From Trichosphaerium sp. ATCC 40318 (taxonomy: Eukaryota; Protista; Tubulinea), in NCBI GenBank assembly GCA_038496445.1, contig JALMLS010000064.1, positions 774,758 to 838,757 on the forward strand: a stretch of 64,000 nt of DNA, written 5' to 3'. Of this stretch, positions 51,795 through 64,000 are shown one piece after another. Within the stretch, counting starts at the first letter, position 1. Each line of letters opens with the position of its first letter. The notes beneath the pieces are model-generated. The model worked only from the letters and a program-made list of their open reading frames with translations, made no database searches and was not told the origin of the DNA. The translations under genes and the position numbers were made by a program.

Positions 51795-53527
51795 ATGTCT
51801 GATATGAAAGCATTCAAAGGATTCACTTGTATGCTCCCTCACATCTACTTGACACTTACATGATTCTCTAGCAATGAACTATGCCAATCAAGGCAAAGCG
51901 TTCTTAAACGTGCGTCAAACCGCTGTATTTCACTGTAATCTCTTACGTTAACTACTAGGCTTACTGGGGCGATTGTCAGGGCACGTTAAGAGATAAATAC
52001 AGCGTATAATTTGTAATAACTTTATGCCACATTAGACAAAGCTGAAAAAGTATGGGAAATTGTCAACAAGTTCAAGGAGCTCGATCTTGATAAAGCTGAA
52101 AATGGTTGCGATCTAGATGAATTTAAGTACGCTTTATAATCATCTTAATAGCCTATTAACGCTCTGTTTTAGCGCTCACAGAGTTCTGGAGTTCTTTGGC
52201 ACGTTTTTCTAACGGTTTTGTTCACGTTTTTTTCAAAACAAGTCTCAAAGTAACTCTTGCTTACCATGCCAATAGGTGAAACCAAAACTGTAAAAGAAAT
52301 GCGAGAGGTAAGCGAATAACTTTCCTTGATTTTTAACCTTGCTTAAGTTCTTCATTTTTAGGAGCTCCTAAAGGCTGACTTGGATTTTAACAAACGATTG
52401 GCTGTCATTGAATACTGGTAATTCTTTTGGTTTTTTACGTTATCTGACGGTTTATGTAGCTTGTGGAGTAATGGAAAGACCGTCTCTGAGTTCGTAAAGA
52501 GACCACAGGTACAAACTAGTTCGATATCGTTGACTTGGAAACTGAATACTGGTTTTTTAAAAGGGAGAGAGCGATGCTATTAAAAAGGCTCAAGAAATGC
52601 TTAACCAAGTTCTTGCTGCTCTTGCTGATTCACAAGAAAAGGCAAAAATAGCTAAAACAAAACTTGCTGAAGCCATTGCCAGTGAGAAATCAGCAGCAGA
52701 GTTTGCCGCACAAGCAAAAATTGATTTGGAAGAACAAAAAGCTGCACTTGCTGAAGTTCAAGTATGTATTCGCCCACATAGATTCCACACTCACCTTTAC
52801 TAGAAACTAGAAGACGCCTACAATCAAAAAACCGAATCACTAAAAGCCAAGACCGAAAGTGGTGGTGTAGTTTCACGCAACAGAGCCAAGAACGAACTCG
52901 CCCAACACTTGGAAGGCACGTGATTATTTTTTTTTGAAACGGTTTTAGTTTTTTTCAGACTCTCGTCTCCTCTGACCTTCATATAGAGGATCCTCTACCT
53001 TTGCGTACAGCAAAAATATCTAACGAAGCTGCAACACGCAAAGCAGGTATGTTCAAAGGAGCCTTGGCAACTTACTTAAACTTGTAAAGAAAAATCCCGC
53101 GTCGCTGCTGAGGAAAGTCACGCTGCAGCTGTTCAAGCCAGAAAAGATGCAGAGGAAGCCAAAGCATCGGTAAACTTATAATTTTTTTCTTAGAGGTTGT
53201 ATACTAAACATATGAACTAGGCTGACGAAGCTGTACAAGTTATGGAGCAGAAGATGGTTGAAGCTCAAGTTCGTGTTCTTTTGGTTTTTCGTTGCTTTCT
53301 AACGTACTTTTCAGGAAGCCCTTGAAGATGCTAAAAAGACCGGAAGCGGCCAAGGAAATGTCTGGGTATGATCCGAATTACTATGTATTAAACCTCACGT
53401 TTTTTGTTTAGTGGATAGAACGTCAACTCACTGAAGCCAAGAAATACATGCCAATGGTATTACTACCCTTAACCAATCATACACTTTCTAACAATCATTT
53501 TAGAGCAAGGGAGGTATCCGTAAGTAA
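51795..53527 (+). CDS. Protist TolA-like EF-hand/coiled-coil protein; about 15 introns
   Basis: QGKAFLNAYW, LDEFNAHRVLEFFGETKTVKEMRE, DLDFNKRLAVIEY, GGVVSRNRAKNELAQHLEEDPLPLRTAKI, GQGNVWWIERQLTEAKKYMP. Confidence 0.8.
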
Positions 53528-53706
53528 TTTTATTTGGCAAATACAGAGTAATTACTGTCCGAAATAAACAAAGGTTTTGTTTTCAAGAACCCGTTCTAGT
53601 TTTTATGAGTTTTTTGATTAAGCAAGTAACTTTTTTGAGACTCCTCAAGATTGATCACGTGATTAAAAAATGCACCGAAAATAAATTAAAGTGACACAAG
53701 TATAAT

Positions 53707-55774
53707 CTATTCATTGTCATCATCATCATCATCATCATCGTCGTCACTGCCGTCCGCGCGTTCAAAGTCAGAAGAGTCGTCTTCATCATCTTCATCATCT
53801 TCATCTTCTTCGTCACCTTCGCGCAGTGGCCCACTATCGGTTGAATCAGATTCGCCATCAGAACTAGTATCGGTTGAATCAGATTCGTCATCAGAACTAG
53901 ATGAAGAAATAGAATCAAGATCTACATCACCACCTGAAAATAACTTTGGTTAGCAGGTCACGCATGAAAACTACGAAGAAACAAAACCCAAAAAAAAACG
54001 TTTGGTTACCAGACAAAATAATTTTTTTGACTTCTTCCTCTTCTTCCCATAGATGTTCAGCCTCTTCCAAAAGAGCAACCATACAGTCGTCATCACAACT
54101 AGATTTTGTAGCTTTCTTGAATAATTCATGATCACGTGCAAGTAGCTCACCCATTTTCTCTACAGCCCTATGTTCATGTCTCAATTCCTTTGAATAAAGA
54201 TGCTTCTTCTTAGCAAGAAGATCAATCTCAACTGATTTATCCAGCAAAAACTGTTCTTTCTCAGCCAACTGTTGCTGTGCCTTTTCTACCTCATCATGCT
54301 CTTCAGCTAGCTTCTTTTTAACCTTCTTAACAGCAGCACGCTTCTTTTTAAGCTTAAGTTGGAGCTTATCCAATAACTCTTTTTCTTCGAGGTACTGCAT
54401 TCGTACTTCTGAAGCTTTATTCTCCAAGTCATGTTGAGCATCCAAAACTTCTTTTAACTGAAGTGCAGCCTCATTAATAACTTTTTCAAAGCTTGCCTAA
54501 AATAATTCTACTTAGTACAAACACGTGACGAAAAAAAAATCACGTGACACATATGAAGTACCACGTGACTGGACTGAACTCATAGTACCTTCTGCTTCTC
54601 GCGCTTTTCCTCGACGGAAACGTAAATACCATGAACAATACGAACAAGCCTCCAAAGACGGAAAAGAAGAAGAACAACTCCGACTGAGTCTGCAATGAAT
54701 ATATCAAATAGTAATGATAAAGTCACAACAAACAGATCAATAACATAAAGAGGTTTTTTAAAGAAATCAATGCCAAAAGCGAAAATCAGTGATAGTAGCT
54801 CAATCTATGGTACAAGTCAAAAAAAAAAAACGGTTGATAACAAAACCATAGTAGACAAAAGAATAAGGTGTTTGTCGTACCTCGAAAACTACGAGTATAG
54901 CTTTTGATAGAGCAGAGAGAACCTCTTCGAATATCTCTACTCCTTCCGATATAAATTCAAGCTCTGATGCCTAAGCAGTACAATCAACAAAAAAAACGAA
55001 TATACTATCCCTCCTTGTTTCTCCCAAGAATTAACAATTTGCAAAAGAAAGTATATACAGACAATCCAAACTACGCTAATAAAAACACCACTACGTACAT
55101 CTATGATCTCCAAAATCTCCTCTTCGCTCTCAAAAACATATATAGTATTATTCCCACCTCCTTCATCGTCTTCTAAAAACGCTCTCTTGTTTTGACTTGT
55201 AGCATTGAAACCTTCACAAACTTCTGTTTTATTAAGTTTATGTAATTCTGCGTCTTCCTTGATCTCTGGAACACCTTCTTTAAATGTTTCTATTGACACT
55301 TCAGTAATAACTATAACCACATCCAATAAAAGCAAAAAGACGAGGAAAGACTGAGCAATCTTTGATTCCCAAAACTTGCCAGTTTGATACCGGGTGTGTC
55401 TACACAAATGATGAATCTATGCATCTCTACATAATAACATGTGTATGACGTACGCCCAGCATGTATTATTAGACTTTTTGGGTTTACGTGCAAATAAAAA
55501 CCATTTCGAGTTAATACAAGTACCCCAAGACACTTGTTTTGAGTTATGGTAAACTATTCAAGGTATAAGAAGAGTATTTTATTGCAATAAAGACGTACGT
55601 GACCATTCGTGTTTTAAAATACGTTTTGCGGTATCTATATTCTTCTTATCTACCGGGTAATTAAGTACGTAGTCAAAGAGGGAGTATATTAACATTACGT
55701 TCACGCAAAGGTACATGTTTATCCTTTCTCTTCTTCCCTTTCTTCTTACTGGCCTTCTTACTATTTTTGTCCAT
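53707..55774 (-). CDS. HVCN1: Voltage-gated proton channel Hv1 with long coiled-coil and acidic C-terminus, multi-exon; start uncertain
   Basis: S1 FLVFLLLLDVVIV (selectivity Asp); S2 FEIELL; S3 IDLFVV; S4 FRLWRLVRIVHG; no pore domain. Confidence 0.88.
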
Positions 55775-56185
55775 AGGTATAAATACCTTGCAAGGTCTTT
55801 GGGGCAACCCGGCTCGTGTGAATAGGAAATAAAAATAATGTAGAAAACTCACTTTTTTTGACGTTGAAGTGTCGATTACTCCATGTGTTTTCGTAACTTG
55901 CAAAAACCATCTCTTTTGGTAGATAACAAAAGAATAAAAAATAAAACGCCAAAGAATAGCACCATCATGTATAGCATGAACACCAAAAGAATGTGCACTC
56001 AAGCCAAGAAAGGTCACTCTTACGATATCAGCGAATATTCACGCGAAAACCGAGCCAGTTTTCATGTGAGTTTAAACCGTTGTTCGCACGTTGGCTTCCA
56101 ACATAATTTCTCCTTCTGTAGCAGGTAGTTGTTTTAATAAATAAAAGTGTACAAGCCGAACTAGCGGCAAAAAGAGGTAGTGTGA

Positions 56186-58372
56186 CTACTGGAAGGATTC
56201 ATAAGATCCATCACTGTATTCGTCACTGTACTCATCAGTGTACTCGTCACTTTCGCTTTCGGTATCATCAGAATAATACTCTTCTTCATATTGAACTAAC
56301 CCTTCACCAGTAACCTCTTCATAGCTAACAGGAGATAAGGATCGCGTGAACTTCAAGCAAATAACAAAAAATCACGTACGAATCTGAAAAGTCTTCGTAT
56401 TCACGTGCAACTTCATCGCCTGGGTATACATCTACTCTACCTTCTTCTGATTCAACTTTTGTTGTATCAGCTTGGTATCTAACTTCAGCAGAAGACTATA
56501 AATTGTAAGACATAAAATTAAAATAAAAAACAATAGTTAGTTGTTTCGCCACGTACGGAATCCATTGGTACGCCTGCAGATGGTGTTTGCACATGAGTTG
56601 TTGTAAAATTAACAAGTTCATTTTCGTCCTCTTTCTTAGGTCCACTAGACCCACTAGACGAACACGAACAAGAACAAACACTGCAGCAACAAATAAACAA
56701 AATAATTAGTGCAATCAATATTGCAGCGCCTAAAAATTCATTAGCTCCCTTTCTAACTACAACCTCTATTAAAACATACCTGCACCGCCACCAATACCAA
56801 TCCATAGTGCATTTACTTCCAAAAAAGATTGTTCATCTGCAATACAATCAACACATTCTCGTTCAGATGATGAAGTAAGAGTTGAAGGCGTAACAGCGGC
56901 AGGAGATGACTAATAGAATAAGTAAACTTTTTCCAACATAAAGGTACTGTACAGTAACCGTTGCATCTGTTGTATTGGCTTGTAGCGCAGCTTCAAATCC
57001 AGCAGTTGAACCCTAATTTGTGTTAAGGCAGCCAAGAGAAAAATACCACATACCAAAAATGTAGCAACAGGGGTAGCTGCGTCAGTACCATTAAAACGTG
57101 CATTATAGCTTGTAGTTTGCTCAATACTCTTCTTTGAAGTCGGTTGTTGTGTAACAACAGGTCTAATACCTGTTTCTTGCTGAAGAAAGTCTTCAGCAAA
57201 TACAATTTCAGCACTATCAAGTGGTCTTGAAACAGCAAAGACTACGTCTACTGATCCAACGACACAACGTGGACTATTGGGTCCAAATGTAACTACACCA
57301 CGCTTGTATAGCAGTTAGATTAGGTGCCTATAACATTAACGTACACCAAGAGTCCATGTTCCTTCAGTAGTGAACGAAAGTTCAAAATTTCTTACAGGAA
57401 AAAAAGGAGCTGTTGAAGTGAAATCCGTAGGTTGACCACGTGCCTAAAGTAAGGGTTTAGATATTCATTTGCAACAAGATTAAAATTTAAGCTTACGCCT
57501 GGTTCGGAGAAGGTATTATTTGATTCGCCAGCAACCAAGTTTAACACAGGTTCCTGAAAAATGATAAGATGTTTGTACTAGAGCATTAAAACACAAACCT
57601 GAGATAAAAGATTCCATCCCAAGAGAGCTATGAAGCTACCAGCAGATTGTCCAGGTAAAATACAATCGAGGCGAGGTTCTTGTGCGGGTTAGTTCATGCG
57701 CATGTGTGGAAGTTATAAATGCGTACCTATCGCCGGGAAAGAGGCAACTGACACTTCTGTAGGAGGTTCAGTAGTTGTAGGCGCAACAGTTGTATTTGTG
57801 GTATTAGATGGAGCTACGGGTGCAGTTGGCATAGTTGGCGGTTCTGTTGGTGCCTCAGTTGTTGGTGACGCTGTTGTTGGCGCATTTGTAGGCGCAATGG
57901 TTGTGGTTGGTGGTTCTGTAGGTGATTCTGTTGTAGGCGCTTCTGTAGTTGGAGTTTCTGTAGTTGGAGTTTCTGTTGTTGGTACGTCAGTGGTAGGAGG
58001 TACGGTAGTAGGAGCGTTTGTTGTTGGAGCGTCAGTTGTTGGTGTTTCTGTTGTTGGGGCTTCTGTGGTTGGAGTTTCTGTTGTTGGTGCGTCAGTGGTG
58101 GGTGGTATGGTAGTAGGAGCGTCTGTGGTTGGTGGCGCTGTTGTTGGTGGGTTGGTAGTAGGAGCCGTAGTTGTTGGTGCGTCAGTGGTGGGAGGTACGG
58201 TAGTAGGAGCGTCTGTAGTTGGTGGCGCTGTTGTTGGAGCCTCGGTAGTAGGAGCATCTGTTGTTGGTGGCACCGTTGTCGGTGGTACAGTTGTTGGAGG
58301 CGCTGTTTGCGCTTGCACAGCAATAAACGCAAATAGCGCTACAATGATAAATATATCAACAATAGCCCTCAT
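56186..58372 (-). CDS. Mucin-like type I membrane protein: T/P repeat stalk, globular domain, TM, Cys cluster, acidic Tyr-rich tail
   Basis: Signal peptide; many PTT[DE]A / PPTT pentapeptides; RGQPTDF module; TM AAILIALIILFICCCSVCSCSC. Confidence 0.78.
57760..58305 (-). repeat. Coding 15-bp-period tandem repeat (PTT[DE]A/PTTVP/PTTET)
   Basis: Degenerate pentapeptide repeats in ORF 57713..58384. Confidence 0.9.
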
Positions 58373-58476
58373 GAAAGATAGCAAGCTCTATTTGCAATTG
58401 CTGATTTGTTTGACTAAAAACTACCAAAAGTTTAGCGTTTTTTTCTATTGTTTTGTTGCAATAACACTGAGAAACC

Positions 58477-59308
58477 ATGCTTCGCTTCAGCACACGCTTT
58501 TCTAGCGCACTTCGCACAACCCAACAAACTCAACAAGTGAATAGCGTCCGTAATACGCGCTATACTCGCGCTTCCGTTAGAAAGTATTGTTCAGCGGGTG
58601 CCGGTACGCCAAAAGAGCATTGCGAATTGTAAGTTTTTCTTACGACTATCCAATAGAACCAGAAGACTACAAGTACTCCAAAACCCACGAATGGGCTAAA
58701 TTGAACGACGCTGGAGACTCAGCCACCGTTGGCCTCACAAACCACGCACAAGATGCTTTGGGCGATATTGTATTCGTAGAGCTTCCTGGTCCGTTATTTT
58801 AGCGCCCATAAAACGAAGCTGAACAAATAATTTTTTGAAAACAAATCTTTCCGGTTTTGAGGCGCAAAACTCATACAAGTGTTAGAAGTCGGTACTACAT
58901 ACGAAATTGGCGAGAAATTCGGAACAGTAGAATCTGTTAAAGCAGCCAATGATATTTTTATGCCATTTTCTGGTACATGTACTGAAGTACGTAAATATGC
59001 AACCAAACAAACGAACTAAGCGTTACTTAGGTAAACACAGCACTCGAAGAGGACGCAGCAACAATAAACAGAGCAGCTTATGGAGAAGGATGGCTAGCAC
59101 GATTCCAAGTACGTTGTTAATTTAATTGTTGTACAAGGACAATCCACGCGCCAATATTTCCGTTTTAAGAGGTTTTAATGCGTTTCGGTTTAAAAAAAGA
59201 CTTTCTGACGTTTTATTCTAGATCTCTGATATGAAACATATTGATGACCTTATGGATAAGCCTGCATACCAAGAACAGTTGAAAAAAGAGTCTGATGAGG
59301 ATGCATAA
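58477..59308 (+). CDS. GCSH: Mitochondrial glycine cleavage system H protein; 4 introns
   Basis: Arg/Ser-rich transit peptide; [35 protein letters not shown] (lipoyl-Lys), AYGEGWL. Confidence 0.95.
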
Positions 59309-59514
59309 TTCTTTTTGAACTACAAACCTCTCTTGTACACCAAAAAGATTAAAACAACAAATATTTGTTGCATTGGGCTTTGTTAATATACGTGGAGTTC
59401 TTTTACGCACTAAAACAAAAAGGAGTTCACTAAGAACTCAGAAACTAAACGGTTTTTTCTTCAGTTTTTGATTTTTTTTTTGGAAGGCTTGAAGATCGGA
59501 TTCTTGTTCTGTTC

Positions 59515-62500
59515 TTAGTTCTTTTTTTTGTAAAGTTCTGGTCTTGTTGAGGAATGGCACAAGTTTTATTTTTTAGTTTTGCGTTTACCCCAGTTATTTG
59601 TTACAGGTTTACTAACATCAACTCTTGGTGTTATTTTGACATCATCTTCATCATCTCCCAATAATGACAAAAAGTCCGTCTACGATTAACAGTCAAACCA
59701 GATTTCTACAACAGTGTATTGCGTACCTTTTTCTTTGGTTTCTTTGGTGTCGTTTTTGCTTTCTTTGACTTTGGAGCAGAAGTAGACGAAGATGATCTAT
59801 TAAGTGTAAACAAGTGGAAATATTCAGTCAAAAAAACTTCCGTAGTCACGTACTGTTTTCTTTTACGTGATTTAGGCTCTGACTTTACTTTTGCATCTGT
59901 CATACTAACATCTCCACCACCATTGTCATCAGCAGAATTAGTCTACAAAAGAGTGAGAACAAGATTTGTTGCAAAACAAAAAATCTCAACAAACTTTTCC
60001 CATTTTTTTTACCTTATCGCCATTGTTTAACCCAAATGCATCAAGAGTACGTTGACGTAATGTATGGGCCTCTATAAACCCCTCTACATCCTCTTCACTA
60101 TAATTTTTTCTTGTTTCTAGTATTTTTGTTCTAACTGCATCTTGTGTAAGATCAGCGCCTTTTTTCTGTGCAGCTCTTATTAATTTTGTTCTTTCAAGTT
60201 TTGTATCTTCTTTTATCTTATCAAGAACATACTTTTTTGTCTTTGCAATAGTATTATTCACCAACCTACACACAAAAAGTTGTCAGACATGGGTCATTTA
60301 TAATCGTTCCATCTTAGTGAGATTGAGATTCACTCATAAAAACGTGAATAGTTTTGGTTATTTTCATAATTTGTGACAATAGCTCTTCGTGCTACTACGT
60401 TATTTTTTGGAGTAGTAAAGAAAATAATTTAATAGCTGAGTGGTGTCATTTCAGAAAGTAAATTAATCCTTCACGTGGTAGGAAAAGTGTTTGAATACCA
60501 AAACAAAGTGTTTTTTTTTTTGGGAGTTGACCATATTTAGTAAATTACGTACTCTGTGAGTGCTGTTTTTTCGTCTTTTGAAACAAAGTTATCCAAAGCC
60601 TTATAAAAATCTGATTCTAATACAACAGAAGGCTTCCCATTAGCTACCAATGAGTTGTTTATTAGGTCCTAAAATAAAATAAGTCACAGATTCCACTCTT
60701 TTTTTTTTCCTTTTTTTCTTTTCACTTACCTCCATATTCCTTGAGTCTGGTTTTATGCTCATACGGCTCTGTAAAGCAGCTTCTTCGTCCATGCTTGACG
60801 CGTTTTCTGGAAAGGTCATGTAAGTCTAAAGACCTACAATCGAGGGATGTTTGCGTACGTAAATGTGCTTTTGTTGCTTTTTTCTTGGTGAACAGTAATA
60901 TTTCATTAGGGTTTGCTACTTTGCCTACAAAAGCTTGTCCAAACTGTGCGCTACTCATAGTATCGAAACCTCCCGAGTGATCAACCTAAAGCATTCGAGT
61001 GTTATTGAAAAGTAAAAGAAAGAGAAGAAAAGAACTAACCCGAAGGCGAATCAAAGGTTGTCGTGGTGGCAACTTTTTATCCTTTCTTTCTTTGTTTACT
61101 CGGGCGATCATTTCAGAAACTCTTTGTTCTAGGAACTCTCTAACTGCTTCCTTATCTGTGGGATCAAGGCTTTCGGCTAAAGAAAAAGGAGTTAGTGTCA
61201 AGTTGATCTTAGATTTAAACTCACGGTCAAGCGTAACATCCTCCATTACAAATGGTCGTACAGTTTTTAACTCTATAGGTACGAGTTTAAACTGTGTACC
61301 CTTTATTTCTAATAGTGCTATATGTCTTAAAAAGACAGTGAGAATGAATGATTAGACTTTACCATGAAGTGCGCACTTTTTTGTTGTTTCGTGTTCAGTC
61401 AAACTTGTAGCTATGCTTGAGCCTGGTTGAGATATATAAAAATTGGCTAAAAGGACCCATTAGCAATGTTAAATACCAGGTAAAGAGTACCTTCTGAGGA
61501 TTGTTTCGGTACAACCTGACAATCGTGTTCATGTCCCCAAACGACAAGATCAAAAAAATTTTCGAGAAATTTTTCGTGGATATAATTCTTTGGAGAATGA
61601 GCTACTCTGAGAGAGAAAACGTGTCAGTTCAGGTAAAATTAATTGCGTTAAAGTTCTAATGTTATGTTTTTTGCTTCTTTTTGTCTAACCTGTTTTGATG
61701 AATTGTCATTAGACTGAACCACTTGTCTTTTTCCTCAAGAGGTCTCATAAATTTAACTTTTTGTTCTCTGAAAGTTCTGTACAATCTCTCGTCCCTTATA
61801 TATCCCAATCCGTACAAAGCAAGCTTCGTATTTCCTAAACAATTATTAGCCTCATTCATATGTCTATTATGTTTGTATATGATATGTGTGAATTGATAAA
61901 CTATGTTTACCTTTCTCTATTAGAACAGGATATACTGAAATGTCATCGACATTTTGACACTTTCCAAAATAATTTACAAGATTACTGACACTTAATATAT
62001 CAAGCGCAGAATGTGCTCCATCCTATTTCCAATAAATATCCAATAAATAACGCAAAAATATCCAAGTAACAACACAACACTAATCGAAAAAAAAATTCAT
62101 GTAATTTCATTTAAAAAAAAACGTACACCTGATGGATCGTCGTGATTTCCATGTACAGCAAACATTGGATATTTTACATTATAATTAGGGTCTTCATAAT
62201 TAACGTGTCCTTGAGTTTGTATGTAAGCATGTTGCCGAAAGATTTTATATCGTAATTCAAACCGTTATGTCGTAGGAAATAAAACAAAAGGTCCGCAGAT
62301 GGCGCGTACCGAAAGAGTTGTTTGAAAAGTCTGAAACTACTTCAATTTCTACTTCTTTGTCGCCCATACAATGCTTTCTAATGATCTCCATTGTACGATA
62401 AAGCGTCTATTACAATTATTGGATGAAGTTTTACGGAGACTAGCTGCGTGCCTTTCTAGAAGGCTTATTATCATGAAACAAATCGCCACCATGGAGTATC

Positions 62501-62849
62501 ATATCTACCTACCCATTTGTGAGCTCGTAACGGTCTTTTAGAGGAATCTTACGTTACATGTATCTGCATAACCTAATATTTCGTCCCACGTTATAAACGA
62601 ATCATCTTTGCGTATTGGATCGCGTTCCAAGTAGCCTTTGATTGAATTAAACAAAAACGTTATTTTTTCTTTAAAACCCACGAACCTATGTGTGTGTCCG
62701 TTGTAATGAGTACGCGGATAGTGTCGGCATCTAAATCTTCCTCGGCGTCATCTTGGCTGTTACTAAAGGACAATCGCGTTAGTGTTAGTAAAAATGCGTT
62801 GGTACGTGTACGATTCGTTTTGCGATACTTCTTCTTCACTATCAGACAT
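59515..62849 (-). CDS. MRE11: Double-strand break repair nuclease MRE11, multi-exon; last exon approximate
   Basis: [100 protein letters not shown]. Confidence 0.96.
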
Positions 62850-64000
62850 TTTGATTTGATGTAAAGTGTAAGTTCGTGGAAATTGCCGCCAAGAATATAG
62901 AAGTGTTCGACGACCTCCTGGTTGTTATTGGCGCAACCAACTTTAACGACAGCTTAAAGCAGTTCGATCTTTTGTCCGAAAACCGTTGTGGTCAATCAAA
63001 GTAGCTTTCAACAACAAAACTTACAGTTCAAAAAAACAATCTTCAACAACGCAATAGATTGATCATGACTTCATTGGGCGTATAGATTGACCAAGTGATC
63101 AAATACTATCGCGAGAATCATACCAAAGCATTTCACAAACCTAGAGATGAGAACACAACAGCAAATAAGGTCCAAAGGTATAGAAGCACTTGCAGGTGTT
63201 CATGTCATTAACCTTGATGGTACTTCGGTTAACAAATAAAAGCATCGAAACACTTAAACTCGTTATTCGTAACAAAAAAAAAAATTACGCGTAACAAATT
63301 TTATAAAAACCCCTGTTGACCATGACAACATTAATACCGCTACATTTGTTACCTATTCCAATAGTTTAAAAGTCGCTTCACGCAAAATAAAACGCAAACC
63401 GTTACACAATCATGAAATCGCGTAAACGCATTGCTGCTACGCGTCAATTACTGCTTGAAGGTGTCAGCCGGACGCAGGAGCAGGTGATAGCCTAAAATCG
63501 CTAAAATATCGCGCACTCAGACATAAAACAATGTAAAAGCCAACAGGAAGAGACAAATGCAAACGACAGAGCAGATTGAAAGCTAAACAAAGTTATTGAT
63601 GAAGGTTGGCGAGTTTTGACACATGAGCAAATTTTCCTTCCCGAAATTGAGCATGTCTCTAAACACAGTAGCAAAACTGGGAGTTCCAATACAATGCAAA
63701 GACAGTGTTTGAGTGGTTGGTATAACAGAGTTAATTGATAGACTTTTAAAGGCACGTGATCCTACTTTTGAAAACAGCTTTAATATCCATATTAAGCTAG
63801 TTTTTGGGGCTGTTCAGCTGTGATACATTCATTTTATACAACTCACTTTGATGTTGTTGATCATGCTAATCAAACTAAATGGAGTACTTCAATGCCTGGG
63901 CAGTGTATAGAGCAAAACTATCGAATGATTACGGGAATTATGAAAATGACATCCCTGTAGCCATCACAGATTACAATATAGTATCCAAGTGTCCTGATCA

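Noticed and set aside
53714-53953. Poly-Ser + strand ORF
   Set aside because: Antisense of the Asp/Glu-rich Hv1 tail
57760-58305. Tandem repeats as a possible CRISPR array
   Set aside because: Degenerate 15-bp coding repeats with no unique spacers, no cas genes, and a eukaryotic context
57696-58505. 269-aa Val/Gly-rich + strand ORF
   Set aside because: Antisense shadow of the Thr/Pro mucin repeats, which have a signal peptide and spliced continuation on the - strand
1-64000. Alternative genetic code, mass pseudogenisation or U12-type introns as the cause of fragmented ORFs
   Set aside because: The breaks I traced resolve with short GT-AG or GC-AG introns; TAA, TAG and TGA all serve as terminal stops; no RTATCCTT donors were noticed, though the check was not exhaustive
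63000-64000. Possible partial gene at the right edge (e.g. + strand MKSRKRIAATRQLL at 63412)
   Set aside because: No consistent exon chain or recognisable motif could be established within the window

Overview
This is eukaryotic nuclear DNA: AT-rich, gene-dense (about 27 genes in 64 kb) and full of short spliceosomal introns, mostly 40-130 nt, which is why the ORF track is fragmented. The standard genetic code fits throughout. Gene content (TolA-like EF-hand protein, AnmK, GH5 cellulase, LPMO, Hv1, WxPWKF-repeat protein) suggests a free-living phagotrophic protist, probably an amoebozoan; this is an inference. Recognisable genes are an LPMO, Vps10/sortilin, MGAT1, an RGS protein, AASDH, a CS+Sel1 protein, a DEP-RBD-DH-PH RhoGEF, an atypical Rab, a GH5 endoglucanase, MORN and SET proteins, a class 3 lipase, RRP36, TMEM35, AnmK, an LRR-ADP-ribosylglycohydrolase, a Gig2/PARP-like ART, a LamG-like surface protein, Hv1, a mucin-like protein, GCSH and MRE11. 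The most interesting observations are: (1) a linker histone H1 spliced in frame to a TerD domain; (2) an ADP-ribosyltransferase directly upstream of a myristoylated LRR-ADP-ribosylhydrolase, a candidate writer/eraser module, with a perfect hairpin ahead of the transferase; (3) many GC-AG introns; (4) strong enrichment and intronic clustering of CACGTG; (5) a Rab that appears N-myristoylated instead of prenylated; (6) a C-terminal module shared by the LPMO and the cellulase. All gene models were spliced by eye, so some exon boundaries and termini are approximate.
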